NCBI GenBank assembly: GCA_964628285.1
Contig: CAZVNP010000005.1
Location: 902-64,901, forward strand
Source of the DNA: an uncultured Lentimicrobiaceae bacterium
Lineage (GTDB): Bacteria > Bacteroidota > Bacteroidia > Bacteroidales > JAGONC01
Length of the DNA: 64,000 bases
Direction of reading: 5' to 3'
The position numbers and the translations under genes are program-made. This document shows, in pieces, positions 40,567 to 50,713 of this stretch (its first letter is position 1; each line of letters opens with the position of its first letter). The notes under the pieces are model-generated. The model made no database searches, was not told the DNA's origin, and saw only the letters and a program-made list of their open reading frames with translations.

Positions 40567-41190
40567 TCAGGCTTTTAATTTCTTGAGCAAACTCAGATCA
40601 TAATCATTGATATCCAGAATGGCGTAACGGCTGATATCGCAAATAGCCATTTCATCCAGTATATCAACCAGTTCTCCGTAAGTTGCGTCGTCGGTAGCTT
40701 TTATGATGACGATCGGTGACTGTTTATTGTTCATCAGCTCACTCTTCTTCTTTTCAAATTCCTCTTCCGGCATATTCGTGTTGGCTCTTTCCGCTTCCAG
40801 GGCGAGCACTTTCGTGACCACATCATAGTTTCTCTGCAGCAGGTACCGTCTAATTCCGCCGGACGACAAATCCGTGACATGCACGACAGGATCAACGCCA
40901 TGTTCTCTGGTACCTTTATAATAATATACCGTATCGTCCTTACCCAGAATAATCGTAATAGCCCGCGATGCCTTTATTTCAGTCTGCTGGCTTTCAGGCA
41001 CTTTTTGCTTTGACGGCATAGCGATCTCCATGGTCTGAGGCCTGATCAGAGTGGTCGTCAACATAAAGAAAGTGATTAACAGCATGCCTAAATCGACCAT
41101 AGGTGTATAGTCAATCCTGGTGGAAATTTTTCTTGCTTTACCTTTCCGGGTTTTCTTATCTCCTTTACTTTCAGTACCTATCTCAGCCAT
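40567..41190 (-). CDS. exbD: ExbD/TolR biopolymer transport protein
   Basis: IDYTPMVDLGMLLITFFML; VIIKA...YGELVDILDEM. Confidence 0.92.
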   Translation of the reverse strand: MAEIGTESKGDKKTRKGKARKISTRIDYTPMVDLGMLLITFFMLTTTLIRPQTMEIAMPSKQKVPESQQTEIKASRAITIILGKDDTVYYYKGTREHGVDPVVHVTDLSSGGIRRYLLQRNYDVVTKVLALEAERANTNMPEEEFEKKKSELMNNKQSPIVIIKATDDATYGELVDILDEMAICDISRYAILDINDYDLSLLKKLKA

Positions 41191-41201
41191 AATCGGTCAG
41201 A

Positions 41202-41816
41202 TTAAGACTCCGTTATTTTGGGCTTCTTTTTAAAAGCAGTGATCAGATCGTATCTGTTTTCATCAATATCCCGCAATGTATTCATCACATTTTTGATTGC
41301 GGAGTAAGGTGTTGACTCATCAGCTTTAATGGCAATACGTATCTGGGGATTGACTATACGAGCCTCCCTGACCCAGTCTTTAAACTGGTTATTGGTGGAA
41401 TCAGCCGGTATCCCAAGCAAATTCTCTTTCATCTCCCGTTCCTTAGATGTCAGTGCAAGGAAATCTGCCATCTGTCCGATGGGAACCCCAAAGCTGTTGA
41501 CAAGACTAAAGGCCTTTGATTCTTGCGGGGTAAATGACATATTATAATCGGCACCAACTTTTTTAAGCCATTCCATGCGTTTCTGTTCTCCATCCATACC
41601 GATGAATATCTTTCCGGTTTCGTCAATGAGAATGGTCAGGATGTTGGTTTCAGGTATTTTAAGCTGGGAAATGGAAGAGGGAATAGTGACCATTACCGGC
41701 TCATTCTGGATAAAATTGGAGGTGAGCATAAAAAAAGTCAGCAGCAGAAAGGCCACATCGGTCATTGCTGTCATATCGATAGCTGTGCTTTTACGCGGTA
41801 CTTTAACTTTGGGCAT
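41202..41816 (-). CDS. exbD: ExbD/TolR biopolymer transport protein
   Basis: IDMTAMTDVAFLLLTFFML; IAIKAD. Start at MPKVK (41816) overlaps the end of exbB. Confidence 0.92.
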   Translation of the reverse strand: MPKVKVPRKSTAIDMTAMTDVAFLLLTFFMLTSNFIQNEPVMVTIPSSISQLKIPETNILTILIDETGKIFIGMDGEQKRMEWLKKVGADYNMSFTPQESKAFSLVNSFGVPIGQMADFLALTSKEREMKENLLGIPADSTNNQFKDWVREARIVNPQIRIAIKADESTPYSAIKNVMNTLRDIDENRYDLITAFKKKPKITES

Positions 41817-42642
41817 TTGATCCCGTATTAGGTTGAAGAGGATTCTGGGCATAGGTCTGGATGATGCTGAATCCGGCTTCGTCAATGGTATACATCAATT
41901 TATCAATCTTAGTGGTATAATAATTATATGATATGACCGCCAGGGCTGCGGTAGCAATTCCAAACGCCGTATTGACAAGGGCTTCTGAAATACCTGTGGC
42001 CAGAGCAACGGAGTCGGGAGCCCCTGCATGGGCCAAAGCCGCAAAAGCTCTGATCATCCCCAACACCGTCCCAAGCAATCCCATGAGAGTGGCTATGGAT
42101 GAGATCGTGGCAATGATGACAAGATTCTGTTCCATGCTTGGTAATTCCAGTGAGGTGGCCTCTTCAATCTCCTTCTGTATGGCAACGGTTTTCTGCTCTT
42201 TTGTCATGTGTTCGTCTTTATCCACAGTAAGAAATTTCATCAATGCCGATTTGATTACATTGGCCACCGAGCCTCCTTGCTTGTCACACAAATGTATGGC
42301 GTTGGAAATCTGACCCTGTGTCACCAAATGTTTGATGTTTTTGACAAAGTTCAGCACATTACCTTTTCCCGAAGCCCTTCTGATGGTAATGTAACGTTCA
42401 ATGCTGAATGTGATGACGGTCATCAGTAAGGTCATCAGGATAGGAACGATTAATCCCCCTTTGTAAATAATCCCCAGGTAATTACCCGGTATCGGTGCAT
42501 TGGCCGGATCATTACCCTGGAAATTTGAGGGATTACCCATGATTTTCAGGAATATGAGAATGGAAACCACCAGTGCGACAGGGATGACGGAGGCAGCGAA
42601 AACATTCCTGAAATTTCTGAATAATTCTTTGAATCTGCTCAT
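41803..42642 (-). CDS. exbB: MotA/TolQ/ExbB proton channel
   Basis: TLMGLLGTVLGMIRAF, GISEALVNTAFGI. Confidence 0.93.
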   Translation of the reverse strand: MSRFKELFRNFRNVFAASVIPVALVVSILIFLKIMGNPSNFQGNDPANAPIPGNYLGIIYKGGLIVPILMTLLMTVITFSIERYITIRRASGKGNVLNFVKNIKHLVTQGQISNAIHLCDKQGGSVANVIKSALMKFLTVDKDEHMTKEQKTVAIQKEIEEATSLELPSMEQNLVIIATISSIATLMGLLGTVLGMIRAFAALAHAGAPDSVALATGISEALVNTAFGIATAALAVISYNYYTTKIDKLMYTIDEAGFSIIQTYAQNPLQPNTGSNAQS

Positions 42643-42838
42643 AGCGGTCAGAATAAGTCGGTGAAAATTAAAAATTTGTCATAAGATTCATTTGCTTCAT
42701 TCGTGTTAATGAATTAACAACAATCCAGATGACCAAATGTTGGATGTCATTGCATATAATTATGCCTGAGAAGAAGGTATAAAAAAGAAATCAAGGGATT
42801 AAAAATTATTTCAAACCACTAAGTGGCAAGACAAAGGA

Positions 42839-43294
42839 TCAGTTTTCCTTCAGGACGAAATCATCGTATTCAATCTCAAAGCGGAGTTTGTGTTTTGATT
42901 CTTCAACGGCGAGTGACATGAACAATGAGCGTAATTCGTTGATTGTGGCTTTTGCTGAAAGATCCATGTATAACCTGAAAGCTTTTTTTTCCTTATTCAT
43001 AGCCAAGATCAGAGCATCCTGGTAGTTCATCTCGGGTGACGGCTTTACATCAACCATATAATCGGCAATTTTCAGATCGGTAATTTTTTCAACAGGTAAT
43101 TGAAGCTGTCCCGTGAGCTTGATATTGGTCAGCCGGGCTTTATGTCCCATTTCCTCTCCGGCAAACTGAATAAAGACTTTCTTCATTTCCTCATTGGTGG
43201 CCGTTTGGGCCAGCTGAGTATAAAAATCAACGGATTCCTGTTCTGAGTTGATGGCAAAATCGAGGATATCATTAACGTCATGGAATGTTTTCAT
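42839..43294 (-). CDS. Rubrerythrin/ferritin-like diiron protein
   Basis: AINSEQESVDFY, EEMGH, AMNKEKKAFRLY, EESKH. Confidence 0.9.
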   Translation of the reverse strand: MKTFHDVNDILDFAINSEQESVDFYTQLAQTATNEEMKKVFIQFAGEEMGHKARLTNIKLTGQLQLPVEKITDLKIADYMVDVKPSPEMNYQDALILAMNKEKKAFRLYMDLSAKATINELRSLFMSLAVEESKHKLRFEIEYDDFVLKEN

Positions 43295-43320
43295 TGTATC
43301 AGGCGTTAAGATTTTATATC

Positions 43321-43389
43321 TTTCATTTTTCATCTTTCATTTTTCATCTTTCATTTTTCATCTTTCATTTTTCATCTTTCATTTTTCAT
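43321..43389. repeat. (TTTCATTTTTCATC)x5 tandem repeat (alternating heptamers)
   Basis: Read directly; fills most of the gdhA-rubrerythrin spacer. Confidence 0.92.
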
Positions 43390-43396
43390 TGTCCTG

Positions 43397-44734
43397 TTAT
43401 ATCACTCCCTGATCGAGCATGGCGTTGGCCACTTTCATGAATCCGGCGATGTTGGCTCCCTTCATATAGTTCACATAGCCGTCGGGCTGCCGGCCATAGG
43501 TGACGCAGGTCTGGTGTATGCTCTGCATGATATGGTGAAGACGGCTGTCGACTTCGCCGGCTGGCCAGTTCAGTTTCATGGCATTCTGCGACATCTCGAG
43601 CCCTGATGTGGCCACACCACCGGCATTGACGGCCTTGCCGGGGGCATAGAGTTTTTTGGCCTCGAGGAAAACCTCTATGGCTTCGGGTGTGCAGGGCATG
43701 TTGGCGCCTTCGGCCACGCACAGGACGTTATTGCTGACCAGGTTCAAGGCGTCGTCTTTATCCAGTTCATTCTGTGTCGCACAGGGCAATGCAATATCGC
43801 ACTTCACCTCCCAGGGTCTTTTACCCTGGATGAACTGAGCGCCGGGAAACTCATACGAGAAAGGTTTGACGATGTCTTCGTTCGAAGCTCTCAGTTCGAG
43901 CATATAATCGATCTTAGGTCCCGAAATACCCTCGGGATCATAGATGTAGCCGTCGGGGCCTGAAATGGTGATCACTTTGCCGCCCAGTTGGGTCACCTTC
44001 ATGGCGGCGCCCCAGGCCACATTGCCGAAACCCGACAGGGCGACGGTCTTGTCCTTGATGTCTTCGCCTTTGGTCTTCAGCATTTCGAGTGCGAAATAGA
44101 CGGCGCCGAAGCCGGTGGCTTCCGGTCGTACGAGGCTGCCACCCCAGTTGAGCCCTTTGCCGGTGAGCACGCCCGCGTGCTCGTGGGTGAGTTTCTTGTA
44201 CATGCCGTAAAGGTATCCTATCTCACGTGTCCCCACACCGATATCGCCCGCAGGCACGTCTATTTCGGGGCCGATCACTTTCCACAGCTCCAGCATGAAA
44301 GACTGGCAGAAACGCATGATCTCGTTATTGGATTTGCCTTTGGGATTGAAATCCGAACCTCCCTTGGCACCGCCCATCGGCAGGGTGGTCAAACTGTTCT
44401 TGAAGATCTGTTCGAAACCCAGGAATTTCAGTATGCTTAGCGTAACACTGGGGTGGAAACGCAACCCACCCTTATAAGGCCCGATGGCGTTGTTGAATTG
44501 AATCCTGTAACCGATGTTCACCTGCACCCTGCCACCGTCGTCAACCCACGGCACTTTAAATATAAAAACCCTGTCGGGCTCAATTAACCGCTGAAGAATA
44601 TTGGCCGATTCAAAATGAGGTTTCAAATCATACACCTCCTCAATCGATTCTAAAACTTCACGCACAGCCTGGTGAAACTCGGTCTCGCCGGGATGTCTTT
44701 TCTCCAGGTCACTCATTATCCGTTCGATATCCAT
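43397..44734 (-). CDS. gdhA: Glutamate dehydrogenase (GdhA type)
   Basis: GPYKGGLRFHP, MGGAKGGSDF, DVPAGDIGVG, RPEATGFG, GFGNV, PCATQNE, KAVNAGGV. Confidence 0.96.
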   Translation of the reverse strand: MDIERIMSDLEKRHPGETEFHQAVREVLESIEEVYDLKPHFESANILQRLIEPDRVFIFKVPWVDDGGRVQVNIGYRIQFNNAIGPYKGGLRFHPSVTLSILKFLGFEQIFKNSLTTLPMGGAKGGSDFNPKGKSNNEIMRFCQSFMLELWKVIGPEIDVPAGDIGVGTREIGYLYGMYKKLTHEHAGVLTGKGLNWGGSLVRPEATGFGAVYFALEMLKTKGEDIKDKTVALSGFGNVAWGAAMKVTQLGGKVITISGPDGYIYDPEGISGPKIDYMLELRASNEDIVKPFSYEFPGAQFIQGKRPWEVKCDIALPCATQNELDKDDALNLVSNNVLCVAEGANMPCTPEAIEVFLEAKKLYAPGKAVNAGGVATSGLEMSQNAMKLNWPAGEVDSRLHHIMQSIHQTCVTYGRQPDGYVNYMKGANIAGFMKVANAMLDQGVI

Positions 44735-44885
44735 GGTATTTTTGTTTAATGGTTTCTTTTCAGGTTCTTGCGTCACTATTGGACCAATCTATTGTTAATC
44801 GATTAACAACTGAAATTTTCCGGCAAAGTAACTTCTTTACTTATTCATTTCCAAATTTATTCAAGGATTTTATGTCTCATGATTT

Positions 44886-45551
44886 TCAATCCCCGAGGAA
44901 TTCTGTTTCCGACTTCACTGCCCCATGGTTATAAATAATCACTTTCGTTTTATTGCCATTTTCATCATACCATACCTCCTCACCGTTCTTTTCATTCTGT
45001 TCATAGTTTATTTCCCTGCTGATCCGTCCATTCATGTAATAACCTGTTTCTCTGCCGGTACCACGGGTAAAAAAGCCCTCACCCACTTTCCGGCCGTTTT
45101 CATTGTAATAGGTCCAGGTGCTGTCGTACCATCCCATCCTGAAAAAACCGTTTACTTTTATCTGCCCGATGGCAAAGTATAATCTGTAAGGGCCATTCAA
45201 GGTGTCATTCGTATAATTTTCCTCCGACATCCTGTGTCCCTCTTCATCCCAATTGGTCGTCAGGCCGTTGCGCAAGCCACCGCTATATTGCACCTCCGAC
45301 TGAAGTGACCCGCTGTAATACCACCGTGTGGATTTCCCCTGCAGGACCCCCCGACGGTAAAAGGTCTGCTGTTGCTTGTTGCCATTTATGTACCACCAGG
45401 TGGCTGCTCCGTTGATTTTACCGCACCTGTATGTTATTTCCGATTTTTTCAGACCGTTTTGCCAATAATCGACATCTTTGTGCGAGCAGCCATTTAAAAT
45501 AAAGGCTATCAACAGCATGACCGCCAAATCCGGGAAAAACCATTTACTCAT
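44886..45551 (-). CDS. MORN-variant repeat (YwqK-like) lipoprotein
   Basis: Lipobox LNG-C; repeated WYxNG/YxxG units. Start uncertain. Confidence 0.82.
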   Translation of the reverse strand: MSKWFFPDLAVMLLIAFILNGCSHKDVDYWQNGLKKSEITYRCGKINGAATWWYINGNKQQQTFYRRGVLQGKSTRWYYSGSLQSEVQYSGGLRNGLTTNWDEEGHRMSEENYTNDTLNGPYRLYFAIGQIKVNGFFRMGWYDSTWTYYNENGRKVGEGFFTRGTGRETGYYMNGRISREINYEQNEKNGEEVWYDENGNKTKVIIYNHGAVKSETEFLGD

Positions 45552-47463
45552 AAAAGGCGATACCCATATCGTCGATATAAAATTGCTGATGGCCATTGTT
45601 CCAGATGTACACTTTTAAACGATCGCCGTAGGATTTAATTTCAGGAAGTTTATAATCGAGGAAAACCTGGCTCCAGGAATCCGTATCGGTAAAATATTCC
45701 AGATTGGCTGCTCGCCAGACCAGCGTTTTGCCGTTGGGAGCTTCGATGGACAGGACAAGGTACACGTTGTGGACGGGGACAGGTGCCTTGACCCAGACAC
45801 GGGCCTTGATGAGGTGTATGGTGTGCAGGGTGATTTGTGAAAAGGTTCTGGACAGTGTAGGACCATATTCGGCCGTGGAATCAATGAAGTAGCTGTGCGA
45901 CCCGGAGTGGACGGGATCCTGCACGACCCTGGCGGTGTCTTCACCCCAGAGCGCAGGATGTTCGAAACCATTGATGTACCCCACTACGGGAGTCTCCTGT
46001 TTCAGACCTCCGGCCGGTAGTCTGAGACCATACAGGGTGATGGCCGAAAGATCACCGTAATCAATCCTTTGGATAATGAAAGGATACTTCTCACTGACGA
46101 TATCGTCAATTTCAAGTGGTGCCGGCTTTGTCCAGGCATAGAGAAAGTAGGGTCTCTGAGACCTCCTGACAATGTGCCTGAGTTCCAGAAGATCCGTCCC
46201 GCCTCGGTTATCGTATTGTTCAAATGTGTCGTAACAACCGTACTGTTTGAGATAATATTCAATGTACCAGGGATTGTTCACGCTGATGGCCCTGGTAATG
46301 GAATCCGCGCCATAAACCTTATCCCATTTGGCAACATGTAAAGCCACATCCCTGAATTCACCGAAATGCTGTGAATGGTAATAATCTTTTTCGATCACCG
46401 TGCTGCCCAGGCAAACCAATCCCCAAAGAGCCAGCAAGACCATCTTAAAACGGTTCAAAGGCTCATCAAAGAAAGAGAATAAAAGAAATATCAAGAAGGG
46501 AAATGAAAAAAGAAGCACAGAATCCTGCAAAACAGGATTGACAGCCCTGGAGTATATAAATCCGACGAGAAAAGGTAAAATAAACCACACGATGCTGATG
46601 ATCTGAAACGTGGTCATGCGAAGTTTCTTTAAATTGACCAGAATGCTGATGGTCACCAGGAGTATGACTGCGGCCACCACGATGTAGGAGTTATTCAGTG
46701 CATCGAACAGATAGGTCTGCAGCCAGTTGGCGCCGGGTTTGCCGAGCCAGAGACCGACACCGGCGATACGAAGGTGGTTAAGGGTGATAGGGATATGTGG
46801 TATGAACAGGATACCGCTCATGGCATTACCTGCCAGATAATACCAAACCGTGCGGCGTGACAGGAAAAACAGTCCGGTGATTCCCGTGATCACCGCCAGC
46901 AGGAAACTGAAATAATGATTATAGAGACAAAGAGTCATGGATAATGTGTACAACACGGTCATCCAGAATAATTTGCTTTTTTTATTCTCCGGCGATTCAA
47001 ACAGGAGGCGTGTCCAGAAATAAACCATCACGAGGACAAAAAGAAGGCCGGTCACATAAGGACGGGCGATCCGGCTGAACACCAAGGGATACTGAAGAAA
47101 TCCCACAGCCACGGCCGAAAAGAGTCCTGTAACCCGGTTAAACCATCGTGAGGCGACCAGATAGGTGAACAAAACCGATAAGGCTCCGGCAATGACAAAT
47201 GGCAGCCTCACAGCGGTTTCAGAGAAACCGAACAACCGTACCCAGTAAAACAGAAAAATTTGTATGCCGCCGGGATGACCGTCAACATAAAAACCGTTTT
47301 GCACCAGATCATGAAACGTTTCAAAACGGGTTCGGTACAATGCGCTCAGTTCATCATTCGAGAATGAGAATGCCGCGTCATGCCAGAAACGCAGAAAAGC
47401 AGACACCGCCAGGATAACCAGCAGGAACAGTGTCACTTTATTTTGAATTATTTTTTTAATCAT
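45544..47463 (-). CDS. GT-C fold glycosyltransferase (GT39/ArnT-like) with C-terminal carbohydrate-binding-like domain
   Basis: SNDE, HPGG, SETAVRLPF, SRIARPY, YNHY; many TM segments; C-terminal FYIDD. Confidence 0.82.
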   Translation of the reverse strand: MIKKIIQNKVTLFLLVILAVSAFLRFWHDAAFSFSNDELSALYRTRFETFHDLVQNGFYVDGHPGGIQIFLFYWVRLFGFSETAVRLPFVIAGALSVLFTYLVASRWFNRVTGLFSAVAVGFLQYPLVFSRIARPYVTGLLFVLVMVYFWTRLLFESPENKKSKLFWMTVLYTLSMTLCLYNHYFSFLLAVITGITGLFFLSRRTVWYYLAGNAMSGILFIPHIPITLNHLRIAGVGLWLGKPGANWLQTYLFDALNNSYIVVAAVILLVTISILVNLKKLRMTTFQIISIVWFILPFLVGFIYSRAVNPVLQDSVLLFSFPFLIFLLFSFFDEPLNRFKMVLLALWGLVCLGSTVIEKDYYHSQHFGEFRDVALHVAKWDKVYGADSITRAISVNNPWYIEYYLKQYGCYDTFEQYDNRGGTDLLELRHIVRRSQRPYFLYAWTKPAPLEIDDIVSEKYPFIIQRIDYGDLSAITLYGLRLPAGGLKQETPVVGYINGFEHPALWGEDTARVVQDPVHSGSHSYFIDSTAEYGPTLSRTFSQITLHTIHLIKARVWVKAPVPVHNVYLVLSIEAPNGKTLVWRAANLEYFTDTDSWSQVFLDYKLPEIKSYGDRLKVYIWNNGHQQFYIDDMGIAFYE

Positions 47464-48205
47464 CGGCAGACCGTTGTTTAGCGATTTCAAATAAAATGAT
47501 CCCGGCGGCGACGGCCACGTTCAGCGACTGTATCTTACCGTGGAGGGGTATGGCCACCATACCGTCGACCAGTTTCAGCAACTCCTTTGATATCCCCTTT
47601 TCTTCCGAACCCATAATGATGGCGACAGGGACGGTATAATCGGGTATATGGTATGGCTGCCCGGCTTTCTCTGAGGCAGCGATGATGCGCAGGCCACTGT
47701 TTTTTAAGTAGACGACGGTGTTATGCATGTTGAGGCTGCGGTGAACGGGCACCTTAAGCAAGGCCCCTGCCGAGGTTTTAACCGCGTCGGCGTCGATCTG
47801 TGCCGATCCTTTGGCGGGAATGACAATGGCGTCGACGCCGGCACCCTCCGCCGTGCGCACAATGGCACCGAAATTCCTGACATCGGTGATGCTGTCGAGG
47901 ATCAGGAGAAAAGGTGATTTACCCTGTTCATAGAGGGCCGGTAACAAGCTTTCGACCGGCTGATAGACAATGGCGGAGAGAAAGCAGACGACACCCTGGT
48001 GGTTGCCTGTTGTCAACCTGTTCAGCCTGCCCGCAGGGACATACTGGTAAGGTGTGTGGCGCTCCTGCGCCATCTGGATAAGCTGATGATACAGTGACCC
48101 TTTCAGACCTGTCTGAATAAAAAGCCTTTCGATCTCACGACCCGAAGCGATGGCTTCCATAACAGGCCTCAGTCCATAGATGATATTTTCCTTTCTCATT
48201 GTCAT
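47456..48205 (-). CDS. rlmB: 23S rRNA Gm2251 methyltransferase
   Basis: NHQGV, DVRNFGAIVRTA, KTSAGA, MGSEEKG, SLNVAVA. Confidence 0.93.
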   Translation of the reverse strand: MTMRKENIIYGLRPVMEAIASGREIERLFIQTGLKGSLYHQLIQMAQERHTPYQYVPAGRLNRLTTGNHQGVVCFLSAIVYQPVESLLPALYEQGKSPFLLILDSITDVRNFGAIVRTAEGAGVDAIVIPAKGSAQIDADAVKTSAGALLKVPVHRSLNMHNTVVYLKNSGLRIIAASEKAGQPYHIPDYTVPVAIIMGSEEKGISKELLKLVDGMVAIPLHGKIQSLNVAVAAGIILFEIAKQRSADD

Positions 48206-48230
48206 CGTTTACCAACATCAGGCGGCATCC

Positions 48231-49499
48231 TCACCGTCGCCATGTGCTCACGGCCATGTACCATGATTCCTTGTAACCCGTCGATTTCTCAAGCATATAG
48301 TCATTGTTTGTGAATGGATTGGATACCTTGACAAAATTAAAAGTTGTGGACATCATGTTTCCCTCTTCACCAAATATCCATCTCTCGATATTGTTCTGAC
48401 GGTACACCACATTGGGCGGGCCATAAATGATGTAAATCAGTCCCTTGTCAGTCTTCCAGCCTTCCACATAGGAAGTGAAATACCTGTTGGCATTTTCAAC
48501 ACGCATATAATATTTCCGTATCATCAATGCGGCTCTTTCAGGGTTGCCGGTGGTGCTGATCCAGAAGCTGTCGACAGCGGCTTTGGCATCGGGCTCCGAT
48601 TCAAGTGTGCCGAATTCCTTTCGCGTAGAGAGGTAACGCAAAGGATCCAACATACGGATGGGATCGACGATTTCGGGGAATCCTTCGTAAAACCTGAAAA
48701 CGGTTATTCCTTCATGCCGGCCGGTGTCGAGCCGGACATGATAGAAACCCTCTTTTTCAAAACGAATCAGAGGGGTGATGCCACCGGCGATGGTGATGGT
48801 GAACAGGCTGTCGGGCACATAGCTGAATTTCTCATTGTCAGGGGGCAGAAAAGGCGGTACGGCACACGGAAAATCGCGGTGATAATAACCCACGAAAAGC
48901 CGGCGGGCATCTTCGTTGTTGCATCTAATCCTGAAGTCAGTCGTTGCGGTAACATATGGCGTGAAGATGGCTTCATTTTCCCCGTTCAATAAAAGAAAAT
49001 TCTGGTCCGAGAAGGATGATTCCTTATTGATCTCCAGAAGGGTCGTATAGGATTCTTTACTGTTCATATCTGTGAATGAAACCGACAGTATGAAGTTGGC
49101 GGGGTAAATGGTTTTAATATCGAAGCTGGAATAGTAACGTTTGCCCGGACTGTATTTCAACGTATCGGTGCGCTCCACGGATCCGCTGTCGATCAATGTT
49201 TTCTCATGATATGAAGGGAAAAGTTCATAGGATATCCTGAAAGTGGCACAGGAACCGGCGCCGTCGCGCCTTTTTTGATATTTCAGATCCGAGGTGTTGA
49301 ACCTGTAATAGACGCGGCTTTTAAAGTTTGATGTATGGTACACGGTATATTCGACATCCGTAAAATTTTTATTCGTCCCATATAAATATGCCAGGTTTGT
49401 TATACCCAGTTTGTTAACAGTGAGACATCCCGTGATTGCGAGGAGGGAGAGCAGCAATGTCCAGGAAGGTTTCGGTGACAGGTGCGAAGGTGATATCAT
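48231..49499 (-). CDS. GWxTD domain-containing lipoprotein
   Basis: RVENANRYF...EGWKTDKGLIYIIYGPP; lipobox ITG-C. Start moved to 49499 to avoid overlap with amrS. Confidence 0.87.
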   Translation of the reverse strand: MISPSHLSPKPSWTLLLSLLAITGCLTVNKLGITNLAYLYGTNKNFTDVEYTVYHTSNFKSRVYYRFNTSDLKYQKRRDGAGSCATFRISYELFPSYHEKTLIDSGSVERTDTLKYSPGKRYYSSFDIKTIYPANFILSVSFTDMNSKESYTTLLEINKESSFSDQNFLLLNGENEAIFTPYVTATTDFRIRCNNEDARRLFVGYYHRDFPCAVPPFLPPDNEKFSYVPDSLFTITIAGGITPLIRFEKEGFYHVRLDTGRHEGITVFRFYEGFPEIVDPIRMLDPLRYLSTRKEFGTLESEPDAKAAVDSFWISTTGNPERAALMIRKYYMRVENANRYFTSYVEGWKTDKGLIYIIYGPPNVVYRQNNIERWIFGEEGNMMSTTFNFVKVSNPFTNNDYMLEKSTGYKESWYMAVSTWRR

Positions 49500-49645
49500 C
49501 CGATGGGAAAAAGTGCCGTCGGTCAAGGCGTTGATAATATATAAAAAAGATTGCACTTTTATTTTTTGCGTAAAAATAGTAAAAACGTACGAGGGGCTAT
49601 GGGGGACACGATGAACTTTTATCCTCAGGGTGGCAGGGTGGATGC

Positions 49646-50653
49646 TCATTCCATGACGGCCACCTGGTTGCCGCACACGATGCAGCGGCCGTTGGTGTCG
49701 AGTCCTGACGTGGAGGTCCAGTAACCGTCGCGTCGCATCACCGTCCGACCGCACTTGCTGCAAGTCGTGTCACGCCCCTTGGAGAGATGCACATTGCCGA
49801 TGTAAACGTAATCGAGGAATTCCTTTGCGACATCGTACAGATGCGTCAATGTGTCAATGGGGGTGCTTTCAATGGTCATTTTATATGTGGGGAAGTACCT
49901 TGAGAGATGCAGCACAGTTTCCCTGCCCAGGTTGGTCTGTATCCAGCGGCACATATCTCTGAAAATTTTTATATCATCATTCAGCCCGGGGATGACCAGA
50001 TTGGTGATTTCAAGATGACGTTTGGCTTTACTTATTGTTTCCAGGGTATCAAGCACAGGTTGGAGGCGGGAGCCGGTGACCTTGCGGTAGAAATCGTCCG
50101 TAAAAGCCTTGAGGTCGACACTGAACGCATCCACCCATGGCATGAGTTCAAGCAACGGCTCCTGATTGATGAAACCATTGGTCACCATCACATTTTTCAA
50201 CTGGTTATTCTTTACCAGACGGGCCACATCCATCATGTATTCAAACCAGATGGCCGGCTCGTTATAGGTATAAGCCACACCTATGTTGCCGCCGGCAGAT
50301 AAAGCCATCTGGAGAATGTCACCGGGTGAATAGTCACTCAGATTGGGTAAATCGGATAAACAGGATTGCGAGATCTCGGCATTCTGACAAAATTTACAAT
50401 GGAGGTTACATCCGAAACTGCCGATGCTCATTATGGCGGAGCCGGGAAAATAGTGGTACAACGGTTTTTTTTCAACAGGGTCGAGGTGGGAAGCTGTCAC
50501 TAAACCATAGTTTTCGGAGAACAGGTGCCCGTCGATATTTTTACGAACCCGGCAAACACCTCTTTTCCCGGGCTTCACATGGCAGTTATGCGGACATAAT
50601 GAGCAGGTCACCGATCCATCTTCCTCGCCTCTGTAATATAAAGCTTCTTTCAT
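49646..50653 (-). CDS. amrS: AmmeMemoRadiSam-system radical SAM enzyme
   Basis: CSLCPHNC...CRVR, DPVEKKPLYH, CNLHCKFCQN, YTYNEP, VDLK, YVYIGN. Confidence 0.92.
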   Translation of the reverse strand: MKEALYYRGEEDGSVTCSLCPHNCHVKPGKRGVCRVRKNIDGHLFSENYGLVTASHLDPVEKKPLYHYFPGSAIMSIGSFGCNLHCKFCQNAEISQSCLSDLPNLSDYSPGDILQMALSAGGNIGVAYTYNEPAIWFEYMMDVARLVKNNQLKNVMVTNGFINQEPLLELMPWVDAFSVDLKAFTDDFYRKVTGSRLQPVLDTLETISKAKRHLEITNLVIPGLNDDIKIFRDMCRWIQTNLGRETVLHLSRYFPTYKMTIESTPIDTLTHLYDVAKEFLDYVYIGNVHLSKGRDTTCSKCGRTVMRRDGYWTSTSGLDTNGRCIVCGNQVAVME

Positions 50654-50713
50654 AAGATTACAGGCTTTGTGATCATAAAGTGAACTGACCGGTCATCATA
50701 TTCAGTACTTGCC

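Noticed and set aside
43321-43389. Possible CRISPR array (also 1047-1078 and 31900-33030)
   Set aside because: No unique spacers between repeats or repeats are protein-coding; no cas genes.
44886-45596. YwqK-like antitoxin as a toxin-antitoxin system
   Set aside because: MORN-variant lipoprotein with no adjacent toxin gene.
49500-49763. N-terminal extension of the GWxTD ORF
   Set aside because: Overlaps the amrS 3' end and precedes the signal peptide; start reassigned to 49499.
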